Made by a program: the position numbers and the translations under genes. Shown here in pieces: positions 8,096 to 16,950 of a stretch of 47,013 bases of DNA; position 1 is the stretch's first letter, and every line of letters starts with the position of its first letter. Origin of the DNA: Arthrobacter sp. (lineage in GTDB: Bacteria; Actinomycetota; Actinomycetes; Actinomycetales; Micrococcaceae); contig DASSIA010000078.1 of NCBI GenBank assembly GCA_035692345.1, positions 1 to 47,013 on the forward strand, read 5' to 3'. The notes under the pieces were generated by a model. The model saw only the letters and a list, made by a program, of their open reading frames with translations. It made no database searches and was not told the origin of the DNA.

Positions 8096-9883
8096 TCATA
8101 TCGATTGGCGGTAGCCGAAGAATTCGTGGTCTTCGTTGTACCCTCCGAAGCCGCCGCCGAGGTGCTCGAAGTTGTCGACGAACTCAATTCCTTTGATCCA
8201 CTTGACCATTTTGAAACCGAGCTGCGTCTCGTTCCGGAGCCGCAGCGGTGCGCCGTGTCCGAAGGAGAGGGGTTCTCCGTTCATGTCGTAGGCGAGCATG
8301 GTCAGTTCGTAGCTCATCTGTTCGAGTGGATGGGCGTCGTAGTAGATGCCCTTCTCGGCTCCGTCGCCGAGGGAATAGAACACCACCCATTTGGCCTCGG
8401 GTTTGGGCTGAGCGAGATCGAGGATGGTTTGCATGGAGACTCCGCCCCATTTCGCTACGCCTGACCATCCCTGGATGCAGAAGTGCTGGGTGATCTGCTC
8501 GTGGTACGGCATGGCGCGCAGTTGCACCAGGTCCAGTTCCACGGGGTTGTCCACCAGCCCGCCGATCTTCAGCCGGTAGTCGGCAAAGTTGCCGTCGAAG
8601 AGTGCCTTGTATTCGTCGGAGTCGGGGTACTGGCCGTTGTGCCAGAGGTAAGGCGAAATGTCCTTTTCTGTGTATTGCCCCGGTTTGGCGTCAACGTGCT
8701 CGAAGAGGCGCTCCGCCGGTCCGATCAGTGCAGACCCGACACGCTGGATCACCCGCGGATGGCGGATGGTCAGCGGCGTCGCTGCAACCCAGCCCACCAC
8801 AACCACGGCCATGGACAGGGCGAAGATCCAGAAGCCTGCCCAGGAGTCGTCGTCGCGGTTTGCGAAGATGTGGTTGAGGTTGTTCAGGGCGCCTGTGGTG
8901 AAGACGAAAGTGACGTGGATGACGATGAACAGCAGGAACCATACCAGCACGAGGAAGTGGAGCGACCGGGCGGTCTGGATGCTGAGCATGGTGCTGATCC
9001 GCCGGAACCGGGTCGAGAGCGCCGGGGACATGCCGAGGCCAGTGATCAGGGCCAGCGGTGCAGCGATGAAGACGGTGACAAAGTAGGTGAGCAGTTGCAG
9101 GCTGTTGTAGTTTGACCATCCGCTTTCAGCCGGCCAGTCCAGCGACAGGTATTGGATCGCCGCGGACAGCGCGTTCGGGAACACATCCCAATGCAGTGGC
9201 ACCAGTCGCATCCATTGCCCTGTAGCGAACAGGAGGATGTAGAAGACAAGCCCGTTCGCCAGCCATAGGGTGTCGACACCCAGGTGCCACCAACGGGCAA
9301 GTCCGATCGAGTGCCGGAGTCCAGGCAGGCCGATCTGGCCGGGGAGGCTGATGGAGTCTTTTTTCGCTGTCCACAAGGGGTCCGCGGGAACGGGCTTTTG
9401 GGCCCGGAACCAGTCCCGGCCCGGAGTGCTGTGCCTGGTCCAATACAGGCGGGGGTGGTCAGTGAGAATCTGTGCCCCCGAACGAATGATGAAAATCATG
9501 AAGAACAGGTTCAGAAAATGCTGCCACCCCAACCACGCAGGAAAACCCGACGGCGCACTGGCAGGCAGTTCCGATATTCCGGGGAATTCGCTCATGAAAG
9601 ACTGCACACCCGGCACCCCACGGAGGCCCTTCGCTACTGCCACGGCTGCAATCAGGAGCACAAAGCCAATCGGGAGCAACCAGAGCAGATTGAACCATTT
9701 GCTGCCCACCCGCACCCGCGGAGCTATCCCGCGGTCTTGCGGGATGGTGCCCGCAAACGTGGCCGGATCGATGACGTCACGGCCCTCAACCAGTTCCTCC
9801 CGGAAGCTGCGCACCAGGCCGGGGGTCACCGCAGATGCAGAAGGTGCCGGTAGATCCGATGGTGCCGGAGAATTAGGACTCAT
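8096..9883 (-). CDS. Membrane cytochrome b domain fused to a sulfite-oxidase-family molybdopterin oxidoreductase
   Basis: N-terminal TM region with four His (WQHF, WWHL, SLHF, VIHV); C-terminal HFCIQGWS (Mo-Cys), LAYDMNGEPL, HGAPLRL, GFKMVKWI. Start chosen at ATG 9883, just after a TAGCCT -10-like hexamer. Confidence 0.87.
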   Translation of the reverse strand: MSPNSPAPSDLPAPSASAVTPGLVRSFREELVEGRDVIDPATFAGTIPQDRGIAPRVRVGSKWFNLLWLLPIGFVLLIAAVAVAKGLRGVPGVQSFMSEFPGISELPASAPSGFPAWLGWQHFLNLFFMIFIIRSGAQILTDHPRLYWTRHSTPGRDWFRAQKPVPADPLWTAKKDSISLPGQIGLPGLRHSIGLARWWHLGVDTLWLANGLVFYILLFATGQWMRLVPLHWDVFPNALSAAIQYLSLDWPAESGWSNYNSLQLLTYFVTVFIAAPLALITGLGMSPALSTRFRRISTMLSIQTARSLHFLVLVWFLLFIVIHVTFVFTTGALNNLNHIFANRDDDSWAGFWIFALSMAVVVVGWVAATPLTIRHPRVIQRVGSALIGPAERLFEHVDAKPGQYTEKDISPYLWHNGQYPDSDEYKALFDGNFADYRLKIGGLVDNPVELDLVQLRAMPYHEQITQHFCIQGWSGVAKWGGVSMQTILDLAQPKPEAKWVVFYSLGDGAEKGIYYDAHPLEQMSYELTMLAYDMNGEPLSFGHGAPLRLRNETQLGFKMVKWIKGIEFVDNFEHLGGGFGGYNEDHEFFGYRQSI

Positions 9884-10068
9884 GGTGCAGGCTAACAGAG
9901 ATGCACCGCAGCCACTTACGGGTCCGGCCGGAAGTGACCGATAATCCTGAAGGTCCAGACGCCCCGGAACGGACATGTCCTTCCGGGCATCAACACCGGG
10001 CGGCCATCTGCTCGCCCTGGCAAACGCCGAGGCAGTCGCAAATTACCCGCTGCACCGCGCGGATTGGC

Positions 10069-10704
10069 TCACGCCCCGCGGCTGCCCGGCGGACCGCTGA
10101 GCACGGTGGGGACGTATTCGAGCAACTGGAGCCGACCGTCGAAGGTCCTGCTGTCCACCATCTCGAGCGAGACATCCGGGTAGCCGTCGTAGATCCGCTC
10201 GCGCCCGGTGCGGCCCGTGATCACCGGGAAGACCACCAGCCGGAACCTGTCCACAAGGCCTGCGGTCAGCAGCGACCGGCAGAGGCTGAGGCTGCCGAGG
10301 GTACTCAAATGCCCGGTCCCTGTCCGTTTCATCTCCGTCACGGCCTCGACCGCGTCACCGGTGACCAGCTTCGAGTTCGGCCAGGTCAGGGGCGCTGGCA
10401 GGGTGGAGGAGAAGACGACCTTGGGCACGGCGGCAAGGCCACTCAGGCTGGTCCCTTCATTCTCGGAGAATCCCGAACTCTCGCCCGAGGCCTCCTCTGA
10501 CATGCTGGACATCAGGCGGTAGGTGTTTGCCCCGAGCAGGAAGGTGTAGTCCCTTCCCGATTCCTGCCCGAGCCACGCCAAGTATTCCGGCCCCTCCAAA
10601 CCCCACCAGCCGGGCCATCCCTCGGCCGAGGCATACCCGTCCAGGGAAATGATCAGATCGACCATCAGGTCCGCTGATGACGCCTCCGCAGTTGTCTCGC
10701 CCAT
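10069..10704 (-). CDS. Dihydrofolate reductase family (RibD C-terminal-like) protein
   Basis: ISLDGY, LLGANTY, KVVFSSTL, GSLSL, LVDRFRLVVFPVITG. Confidence 0.88.
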   Translation of the reverse strand: MGETTAEASSADLMVDLIISLDGYASAEGWPGWWGLEGPEYLAWLGQESGRDYTFLLGANTYRLMSSMSEEASGESSGFSENEGTSLSGLAAVPKVVFSSTLPAPLTWPNSKLVTGDAVEAVTEMKRTGTGHLSTLGSLSLCRSLLTAGLVDRFRLVVFPVITGRTGRERIYDGYPDVSLEMVDSRTFDGRLQLLEYVPTVLSGPPGSRGA

Positions 10705-10749
10705 GACCGTCTTCCGATCTGATCGACGCCAATGTCTGTATTTTCGCGG

Positions 10750-10953
10750 CTAACTGGCCGGCGCCACGACGTCCTCGAGCACCGACCTGTCGAAAAAACG
10801 GACCTCGCCCGTCGCCTCGAAGAACACCGGAACCACCGATGTGCTCGGGTCCTTGGACGTTTCGTAAATGTCGGGCGCACCTCCGTGCTTGCGGGCAATT
10901 GTTCCAACCAGCTCGGTACCGCGAACCCGGACGGTTCGAAATTTGTAGCTCAT
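10750..10953 (-). CDS. Small hypothetical protein (67 aa)
   Basis: GAAGGGG RBS-like sequence upstream; co-oriented between pobA and the DHFR-family gene; beta-rich, protein-like composition. Confidence 0.6.
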   Translation of the reverse strand: MSYKFRTVRVRGTELVGTIARKHGGAPDIYETSKDPSTSVVPVFFEATGEVRFFDRSVLEDVVAPAS

Positions 10954-11002
10954 GGTGACCCCTTCGTCGACTAGGACAAACCCTACTCCTGGGCACTCCC
11001 GT

Positions 11003-12190
11003 TTAGCGCGAGCCGGGCCATCCGGTGTACGACTCCGCCAGGTATGCCTTGGCGTGCTGGGAGGAGACCACGGAGTGCAGCTCGCCGAGTTGGCGGGCGC
11101 GGCCGAAGTCGTCGGCGCCTGGGACGGTATGCAGCATGGACGTCATCCAGTAGGAGAAGTGCTGTGCCTTCCACACGCGGTCCAGGGCACGGTCACTGTA
11201 GGAGTCGAGCAACGCGGTGGAGCCGCTGGAGTAGAAGGAGTCGAGGCCTTCGAAGAGTACCTTGACGTCGTGGATGGCGAGGTTGAGGCCCTTGGCGCCC
11301 GTTGGCGGGACGGTGTGGGCGGCGTCGCCGGCCAGGAAGAGATTGCCGTGGCGCATGGGGGTGTGCACGAAGCTGCGGAACGGCAGGACCATCTTTTCGA
11401 TGACCGGGCCTTCCTTGAGCTCGAAGCCGTTGCCGTTGACGCGCTTGCGGAACTCGGACCAGATGCGCTCGTCATCCCAGTCGGCCACGTTTTCCTTCGG
11501 GTCGCACTGGAAGTACATGCGCTGGACGGTTTCGGTCCGCTGGCTGATCAGGGCAAAGCCGTTCTCGGAGTTGGCGTAGATCAGCTCATCGGAGCTGCGC
11601 GGGGCCTCGGCCAGGATGCCGAACCAGGCGAAAGGGTATTCGTGGAAGTACCACTTGCGGTTGGCCTCGGGGATCTGAAACCGGCAGTGGCTGCGGGAAC
11701 CGTCGGCGCCCACCAGGAAGTCCGACTGGATCTCGAATTCCTGGCCGTCGGCATCGGCGAACCAGACCTTCGGCTTGCCTTCGAGGTCGTGAACGGTGGT
11801 GTCCGTGACGCTGTACCGGACGTCGCCGCCGTCGGCCTCCCTGCGTGCGGCGAGGTCTGCGAACACGTCCGTCTGCGGATAGAGCCACACCGACTCGCCC
11901 ACGAGCTCTTTGAAGTTGATGCGGTGGCTTTCGCCGTTGAACCGCAGTTCGATGCCGTCGTGGCGGTCGCCTTCACGGAGCACACGGTCCGACACCCCCG
12001 AGTCCACCAGCAGGTTCACGGTGCCGTGTTCCAGGATGCCCGCGCGGACCGTCTCCTGGATTTCCTTGCGGCTGCGGATCTCGACGACGACCGATTCGAT
12101 GCCCTGCTTGGCCAGCAGGTGGGAGAGCATCAGGCCTGCAGGGCCTGCTCCCATGATCGCGACCTGGGTGGTGATGGTGGTGCGTGCCAT
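11003..12190 (-). CDS. pobA: 4-hydroxybenzoate 3-monooxygenase
   Basis: TQVAIMGAGPAGL, VRAGILE, LYPQTDV, GADGS, YPFAWFGIL, LAGDAAHTVPPTGAKGLNLA, LAESYTG; GAGGA RBS. Confidence 0.96.
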   Translation of the reverse strand: MARTTITTQVAIMGAGPAGLMLSHLLAKQGIESVVVEIRSRKEIQETVRAGILEHGTVNLLVDSGVSDRVLREGDRHDGIELRFNGESHRINFKELVGESVWLYPQTDVFADLAARREADGGDVRYSVTDTTVHDLEGKPKVWFADADGQEFEIQSDFLVGADGSRSHCRFQIPEANRKWYFHEYPFAWFGILAEAPRSSDELIYANSENGFALISQRTETVQRMYFQCDPKENVADWDDERIWSEFRKRVNGNGFELKEGPVIEKMVLPFRSFVHTPMRHGNLFLAGDAAHTVPPTGAKGLNLAIHDVKVLFEGLDSFYSSGSTALLDSYSDRALDRVWKAQHFSYWMTSMLHTVPGADDFGRARQLGELHSVVSSQHAKAYLAESYTGWPGSR

Positions 12191-12270
12191 GGTGTTCCTC
12201 GCTTCGTTGCGGATCCCGTTCGGGGCGGGATGAGTATGCAAACAGTGTGGCTCGCGTGACGTGAATGGCG

Positions 12271-13044
12271 TTACCTGGATTCCGTTGAATGGAAGGGGGT
12301 TCCGTGGCCGCCCAGCTGCCTCCCGATGCCCCGAGCCGCCGTCTGCAGCGCCGGAACCAGCGCCTGCAGCCGCATTTCCGCCAAAGGAACCACGACGCCG
12401 AGCGCCGCCACCGTCCGATGCTTACCGTCCAGGACAGGCACGGCGATGCCCCACGTGTCCGGGTCCACCACGCCGGCGAGCTGCGCGTAGCCCTGCCGGG
12501 CGGACTCCGCCAGCAGGTGACGGACGACGTCGGCACTGACCTTCCCTGCCGGATCCTGGAATTGCCCGAGGTACTCCGCCTGCAGCTCACGCGATTGGTG
12601 GGACATCAACGCCAGCCCGGCGGAAGAGATGTGGACCGGCATGCGCCCGGCAATCTGCGCCCGGTTGGCTACAGAACCGCGGCGCGACAAGCGTTCCACG
12701 AACAACGCTTCCCAGCCGTCCAGGACGGCCAGGTTGACGTTCTGGTTGAGGACCTGCTGGATGTCTTCCATAAACGGCAGGGCTGCCTGACGCAGGGCCA
12801 GCGTGGGCGAATTGCGGTTGACGAGCTCCCACAACCGCATGCCCAGCCGGACGGTGCCGCCCTCACCCAACTCCAGGAGCCGGTGTCCGGCGAGTTGGCG
12901 GACCAGCCGATGAGTACTGCTGAGGGGCAGCTCCGCCCGTTCCGCGAGTTCGGACAGCGGCAGGACGGTAACGCCCTCCGGGAAGGCAGCGATGACCCGT
13001 ACCACGCGGTCCACCACCGAATCGCCGGATCCTGAATTGGCCAT
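12271..13044 (-). CDS. IclR family transcriptional regulator (probable PobR)
   Basis: SVVDRVVRVI, HTH LSELAERAELPLSSTHRLV, RMPVHISSAG, GIAVPV; directly upstream of pobA. Confidence 0.92.
   Translation of the reverse strand: MANSGSGDSVVDRVVRVIAAFPEGVTVLPLSELAERAELPLSSTHRLVRQLAGHRLLELGEGGTVRLGMRLWELVNRNSPTLALRQAALPFMEDIQQVLNQNVNLAVLDGWEALFVERLSRRGSVANRAQIAGRMPVHISSAGLALMSHQSRELQAEYLGQFQDPAGKVSADVVRHLLAESARQGYAQLAGVVDPDTWGIAVPVLDGKHRTVAALGVVVPLAEMRLQALVPALQTAARGIGRQLGGHGTPFHSTESR
12280..12294. promoter_or_regulatory. Putative IclR (PobR-type) operator upstream of pobA
   Basis: 15-bp palindrome TTCCGTTGAATGGAA (one mismatch) about 30 nt upstream of a minus-strand CACACT -10-like hexamer at 12244-12249. 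Confidence 0.6.
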
Positions 13045-13061
13045 GGTCGAATCCCGGAGTT

Positions 13062-15227
13062 CTACGCGTGGCCCTGGGCAGGCGGCACGCGCAGACTTCC
13101 GTACCTTTCCATTCGGTGCCACCGCAGGTGCACCCCGGCCAAGGCGGTCACCACCGACTGGATAACGACCAGGTACATGATCTGGCGGTAGACAAACTGC
13201 TGAAGCGGGAGCGTCCACAGCGGCCGGAGCCGTTCATTGTCGAGTCGGAACGCATAGGCAGCCATGAGGAATTGAACAAGAAGGAAGATGAGCCAGAGCA
13301 GCCCGATCCGGACCGGATCAAGGAAGATCAGGCCATAGATGGCGAAGACGTCCACCACCGGTGCGAACAGCGGCAGCAACACCTGCAGTACAAGCAGGTA
13401 GCCAAGGCCACGCCGCCCGAGCTTGCCGGCCGCTCCTCCCTGCAGGACCGCGCCGCGGTGCTTCCACATGGCCTGCAGTGTGCCATAGCACCAGCGGTAC
13501 CGCTGTTTCCAGAGTGCTCCGAGGCTCTCGGGCGCCTCTGTCCAGGCCCTCGCGTCTTCCTGGTAGACAACGCGCCAGCCATCGCGGCACAGTGACATGG
13601 TCAAATCCGTGTCCTCGGCAAGGGTGTCGTCGCTGACTCCGCCAACCCGGAGGAGGGCATCGCGGCGGAAGGCACCAATGGCCCCGGGGACAGTCGGCAT
13701 GCACTCAGCGACGTCGAACAGCCTGCGGTCCAGGTTGAAGCCGACGACGTACTCGATGTGCTGCCAGGCGCCGAGGATGCCGCCGCGGTTGGCGACCTTC
13801 GTGTTCCCCGAAATTGCACCCACCGCCGGGTTGGCGAACGGCTGGATTAGGGCATGAACGGTTTCCGGCTCGAAGACCGTATCGCCGTCGACCATCACCA
13901 CAAGATCGTGGCTGGCAGCGGCAAGTCCGGCGTTCAAGGCGGACGGCTTGCCGCCGTTCTCCTTCCGGATCAGGATGACACCCGGCAGGCCAAGCGCCTC
14001 CACGATGTCCGCGGTACCGTCGGTGGACCCGTCGTCCACCACGATCACTTCGACCGGATGGGTCGAGCCGACGATGGACCGAACCGCAGCTTCGATGCCG
14101 GCCGACTCGTTGTACGCGGGGACAATGACGCTGACAGGCTCGGTGATCTCATTCCGGACCGGCATGTCCACGCGGCGCCGGCTGCGTCCGGCCGCCCGGG
14201 AGCGGCGTGCCGCCTTCCTGTGGCGTGCCGCGAATCCAACCACAAGGACGGCCCGGATGACTGTGACGATTCCGGCTGCAACCAGCGCCCACGAGATGGC
14301 GTTGATGACAAAGTCACTGAGCCGGATCCCCCATACCAACGCGGTTCCGCTGATCCGCTCCCCCGCTGACGCGTCCCGCATGCTCGTAATCCCGACGGCG
14401 TCCCCCACTGTTGTGACCCGGAAGCCTTGCTCCGCGAACTTCGTGAGGGCGGAATCGAGGGCGGCGACCGTCTGGTCCCGGTCGCCACCGCCGTCGTGCA
14501 TCAGGAGCACCTGGCCCTGGGGGCCGGACGGGGTAAGGTTCCGCTCGATCGTGGCCACGCCGGGCCGCTGCCAGTCCTCGCTGTCTTGAGTAGTGAGCAC
14601 CGTGAGGTAGCCCTGGTCTGCGGCGGTGCGCATTGCAGACCATGTGCCGTCCCTGACGGCGTCGTTCTCGGAGCTGTACGGTGGCCGCAGGAGCGTCGCA
14701 GCGCGGCCCGTTATGCCGGCGATGGCCTGCTGGGCCCCCTGCACTTCGAGCTGCCTGCGCCAGGCCGGAGCGCTTCCGAGGTCAGCGTGGGTAAGCGTAT
14801 GGACGCCGATCTCGTTGCCACCGGCGAGGATGCTGCGCACCACGTCGGGATTGTCGATTGCAGCCGAACCAACCACAAAAAACGTGGCATGGACATTGTG
14901 CTTCTTGAGGACGTCGAGGATCTGAGGTGTCCAGACTGGGTCCGGGCCGTCGTCGAACGTCAACGCGAGTGTATGGTCCGCGGGACCCACGGTGCGGACG
15001 TCCGCGCCCCGGGCGTCGACCACCGGGCCACCGTGGGACACCGCGTCAGGGACCGTACTGGCGGAGCCGCCCGCCGGAAGGGAATCATCGGCGATCCCGG
15101 CGAGATGATGCATGTATCCCTGCACGGCGAGTGCGACACCCAGTGCAAAGAGGACGGCCATGAGGACGAACCAGTGAGCCCTGACGCTCGCGGGAAGAGC
15201 ACCTTTGCCCGGACGGGGCCCGCTCAC
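13062..15227 (-). CDS. Bifunctional polysaccharide deacetylase / GT2 processive glycosyltransferase
   Basis: CE4 motifs LTFDDGP, HTLTH, RPPY, LMHDGG; GT2 motifs VPAYNE, DDGS, DGDT, EDTD, QRYRW; C-terminal TM helices. Confidence 0.93.
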   Translation of the reverse strand: MSGPRPGKGALPASVRAHWFVLMAVLFALGVALAVQGYMHHLAGIADDSLPAGGSASTVPDAVSHGGPVVDARGADVRTVGPADHTLALTFDDGPDPVWTPQILDVLKKHNVHATFFVVGSAAIDNPDVVRSILAGGNEIGVHTLTHADLGSAPAWRRQLEVQGAQQAIAGITGRAATLLRPPYSSENDAVRDGTWSAMRTAADQGYLTVLTTQDSEDWQRPGVATIERNLTPSGPQGQVLLMHDGGGDRDQTVAALDSALTKFAEQGFRVTTVGDAVGITSMRDASAGERISGTALVWGIRLSDFVINAISWALVAAGIVTVIRAVLVVGFAARHRKAARRSRAAGRSRRRVDMPVRNEITEPVSVIVPAYNESAGIEAAVRSIVGSTHPVEVIVVDDGSTDGTADIVEALGLPGVILIRKENGGKPSALNAGLAAASHDLVVMVDGDTVFEPETVHALIQPFANPAVGAISGNTKVANRGGILGAWQHIEYVVGFNLDRRLFDVAECMPTVPGAIGAFRRDALLRVGGVSDDTLAEDTDLTMSLCRDGWRVVYQEDARAWTEAPESLGALWKQRYRWCYGTLQAMWKHRGAVLQGGAAGKLGRRGLGYLLVLQVLLPLFAPVVDVFAIYGLIFLDPVRIGLLWLIFLLVQFLMAAYAFRLDNERLRPLWTLPLQQFVYRQIMYLVVIQSVVTALAGVHLRWHRMERYGSLRVPPAQGHA

Positions 15228-15727
15228 GGGTGCGGCGGCGCCGACGGTCGCGTGGCTTGGCCCGGCGCCGTCTCGCTTTTGCCCGGCGCCGTCGCACTCG
15301 GCGCAGGAGCCGCAACAGGGCCCGCCGGCAGAATTGCGGGACTATTGATCTGCGGTGCAGGAGCAGCCGAAGCAGGCGTCGCCGGCGCCTGCACGGCAGT
15401 CACGGGACCCTGCACGGCGCCTCGCGCCACAGGCTCGGTCAATCGGGCTTCGCTGGGTTGGGCACCGGGAGGAGGATTGGCCGGCACCTGGGTTGGTTGC
15501 GGAAGTTCGTGCGCAGGGCCGGCTGTAAGCGGCAGGAAAGGAGCGGCAACATTGGAGCCACCGATGAACGCAACCAGGAGGAGAACGACATACCCCGCCA
15601 CAAGCCCGAGGGCCCCAAGGCCTGTGAGCTTGACCCGCCGCAGGCGCTTTCCTGACGCATCGACAAAGACCGGCCCGCGTGGCGACACGGACCGCGAAGG
15701 ATCAGATGTTTCTTCAAGAGCTGCCAT
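15224..15727 (-). CDS. Single-TM, Pro/Ala-rich hypothetical protein
   Basis: PVFVDASGKRLRR followed by one TM helix; 4-nt overlap with the GT2 gene. Confidence 0.75.
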   Translation of the reverse strand: MAALEETSDPSRSVSPRGPVFVDASGKRLRRVKLTGLGALGLVAGYVVLLLVAFIGGSNVAAPFLPLTAGPAHELPQPTQVPANPPPGAQPSEARLTEPVARGAVQGPVTAVQAPATPASAAPAPQINSPAILPAGPVAAPAPSATAPGKSETAPGQATRPSAPPHP

Positions 15728-15823
15728 CGAGCATCCATTCTAAGGGACTCACAATCCGTGTCCCAAAAACGTCACCACTGACGGATCACGCGGTGACGGA
15801 TCGAAGGAATCTGGAAGAGACTG

Positions 15824-15853
15824 TTGACGGCATGTTGTGATGCAGGATACAGT
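15824..15853 (+). promoter_or_regulatory. SigA-type promoter of the lacI-ABC-GH32 operon
   Basis: TTGACG (15824-15829), 18-nt spacer, TACAGT (15848-15853). Confidence 0.6.
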
Positions 15854-15859
15854 TTTCCA

Positions 15860-15875
15860 AGTTATACGAATAACT
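15860..15875. promoter_or_regulatory. LacI-type operator O1
   Basis: AGTTATACGAATAACT: near-perfect palindrome with central CG, immediately downstream of the -10. Confidence 0.75.
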
Positions 15876-15906
15876 CTCCGCTTTTCTAAGGCCCAAGGAG
15901 GTGCCC

Positions 15907-16950
15907 ATGGCTGGTTCGAGGCCAAAATCAGGACCGACGATGCATGACGTCGCGGCTGCTGCCGGCGTTTCGCAGGCTACGGTGTCCCTGGTCTTGAATT
16001 CGGCCTCCGGGTCACGATTCTCCGAGGATACCCGCAAGCGGGTCCGGGACGCCGTCGCCCGCCTCGGCTACCGCACAAACGCCCACGCGAAAGTCCTCCG
16101 CGAAGGCGTGGCGGGCATGATCGGGTTCATCGGCGATTCGGTTGCGACCACTCCCTTTGCCGGCGCCATCATCGAGGGCGCGCAGCAGCGGGCCTGGGAA
16201 GACGGGCTGCTCCTGCTCTCCGTGAACACAGGCGGGGACAAGGAGCTTGAAGCCGCATCTTTGGACACCATGCTCTCTTATAAGGTTGCCGGCGTGGTCT
16301 ACGCCGCCATGTATCACCGGCGGCTGGAAGTTCCGGAGGCCCTTGCGGGAGTCAGGTCCGTGGTGCTGAATTCGCAGGACCGGGCCGGTCGGGTCCCAAG
16401 CGTCGCCCCTCATGAAGTGAAGGGCGGTTATGACGCTACCCGCAGACTCTTGGACGCAGGGCATTCCCGGATAGCACTGATCAACATTGAAAGCCTCGAG
16501 AGCGGGTTGCCTGCTGCCGTCGGCCGCTACGAGGGCTACACCAAGGCCCTTGCGGAAGCTGGTCTGGAGCCCGATCCCCGCCTCGTCCGCTTCGGTCAGG
16601 GCGGTGAGGAGCATGGCTACAAGTACGCGATGGAGTTGTTGACCTCCGGAACTCCGCCGACCGCGATTTTCTGCGCGAACGATCGCGGCGCCTGGGGTGC
16701 CTATCAGGCCGTCTCGGATCTTCGCCTCTCCATACCCGGGGACGTCTCGATCGTGGGGTTCGATAACCAGGCCACCCTGGCGCCGTTTCTCCGTCCGGGC
16801 TTGACCACTTTTGAATTGCCGTTCGTCGCCATGGGCCGGCGCGCGGTCGAACTGATCCTCCAGGAGGCGGAACCCGGTGGCGGGGTCGAGCTGATGGACT
16901 GCCCTCTGATCGAACGGAACTCAGTGACTCATCCCAAGGAGATGCCATGA
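15907..16950 (+). CDS. LacI family transcriptional regulator
   Basis: TMHDVAAAAGVSQATVSLVLN, PTAIFCAND, DVSIVGFDN, LTT; AGGAGG RBS before ATG 15907. Confidence 0.95.
   Translation: MAGSRPKSGPTMHDVAAAAGVSQATVSLVLNSASGSRFSEDTRKRVRDAVARLGYRTNAHAKVLREGVAGMIGFIGDSVATTPFAGAIIEGAQQRAWEDGLLLLSVNTGGDKELEAASLDTMLSYKVAGVVYAAMYHRRLEVPEALAGVRSVVLNSQDRAGRVPSVAPHEVKGGYDATRRLLDAGHSRIALINIESLESGLPAAVGRYEGYTKALAEAGLEPDPRLVRFGQGGEEHGYKYAMELLTSGTPPTAIFCANDRGAWGAYQAVSDLRLSIPGDVSIVGFDNQATLAPFLRPGLTTFELPFVAMGRRAVELILQEAEPGGGVELMDCPLIERNSVTHPKEMP

Noticed and set aside
10952-12259. 435-aa antisense ORF over pobA (likewise 19109-20701 over the SBP, 2770-4209 over EF-G2, 14427-15743 over GT2)
   Set aside because: Long antisense ORFs are expected from high-GC codon bias; they show no recognisable motifs.
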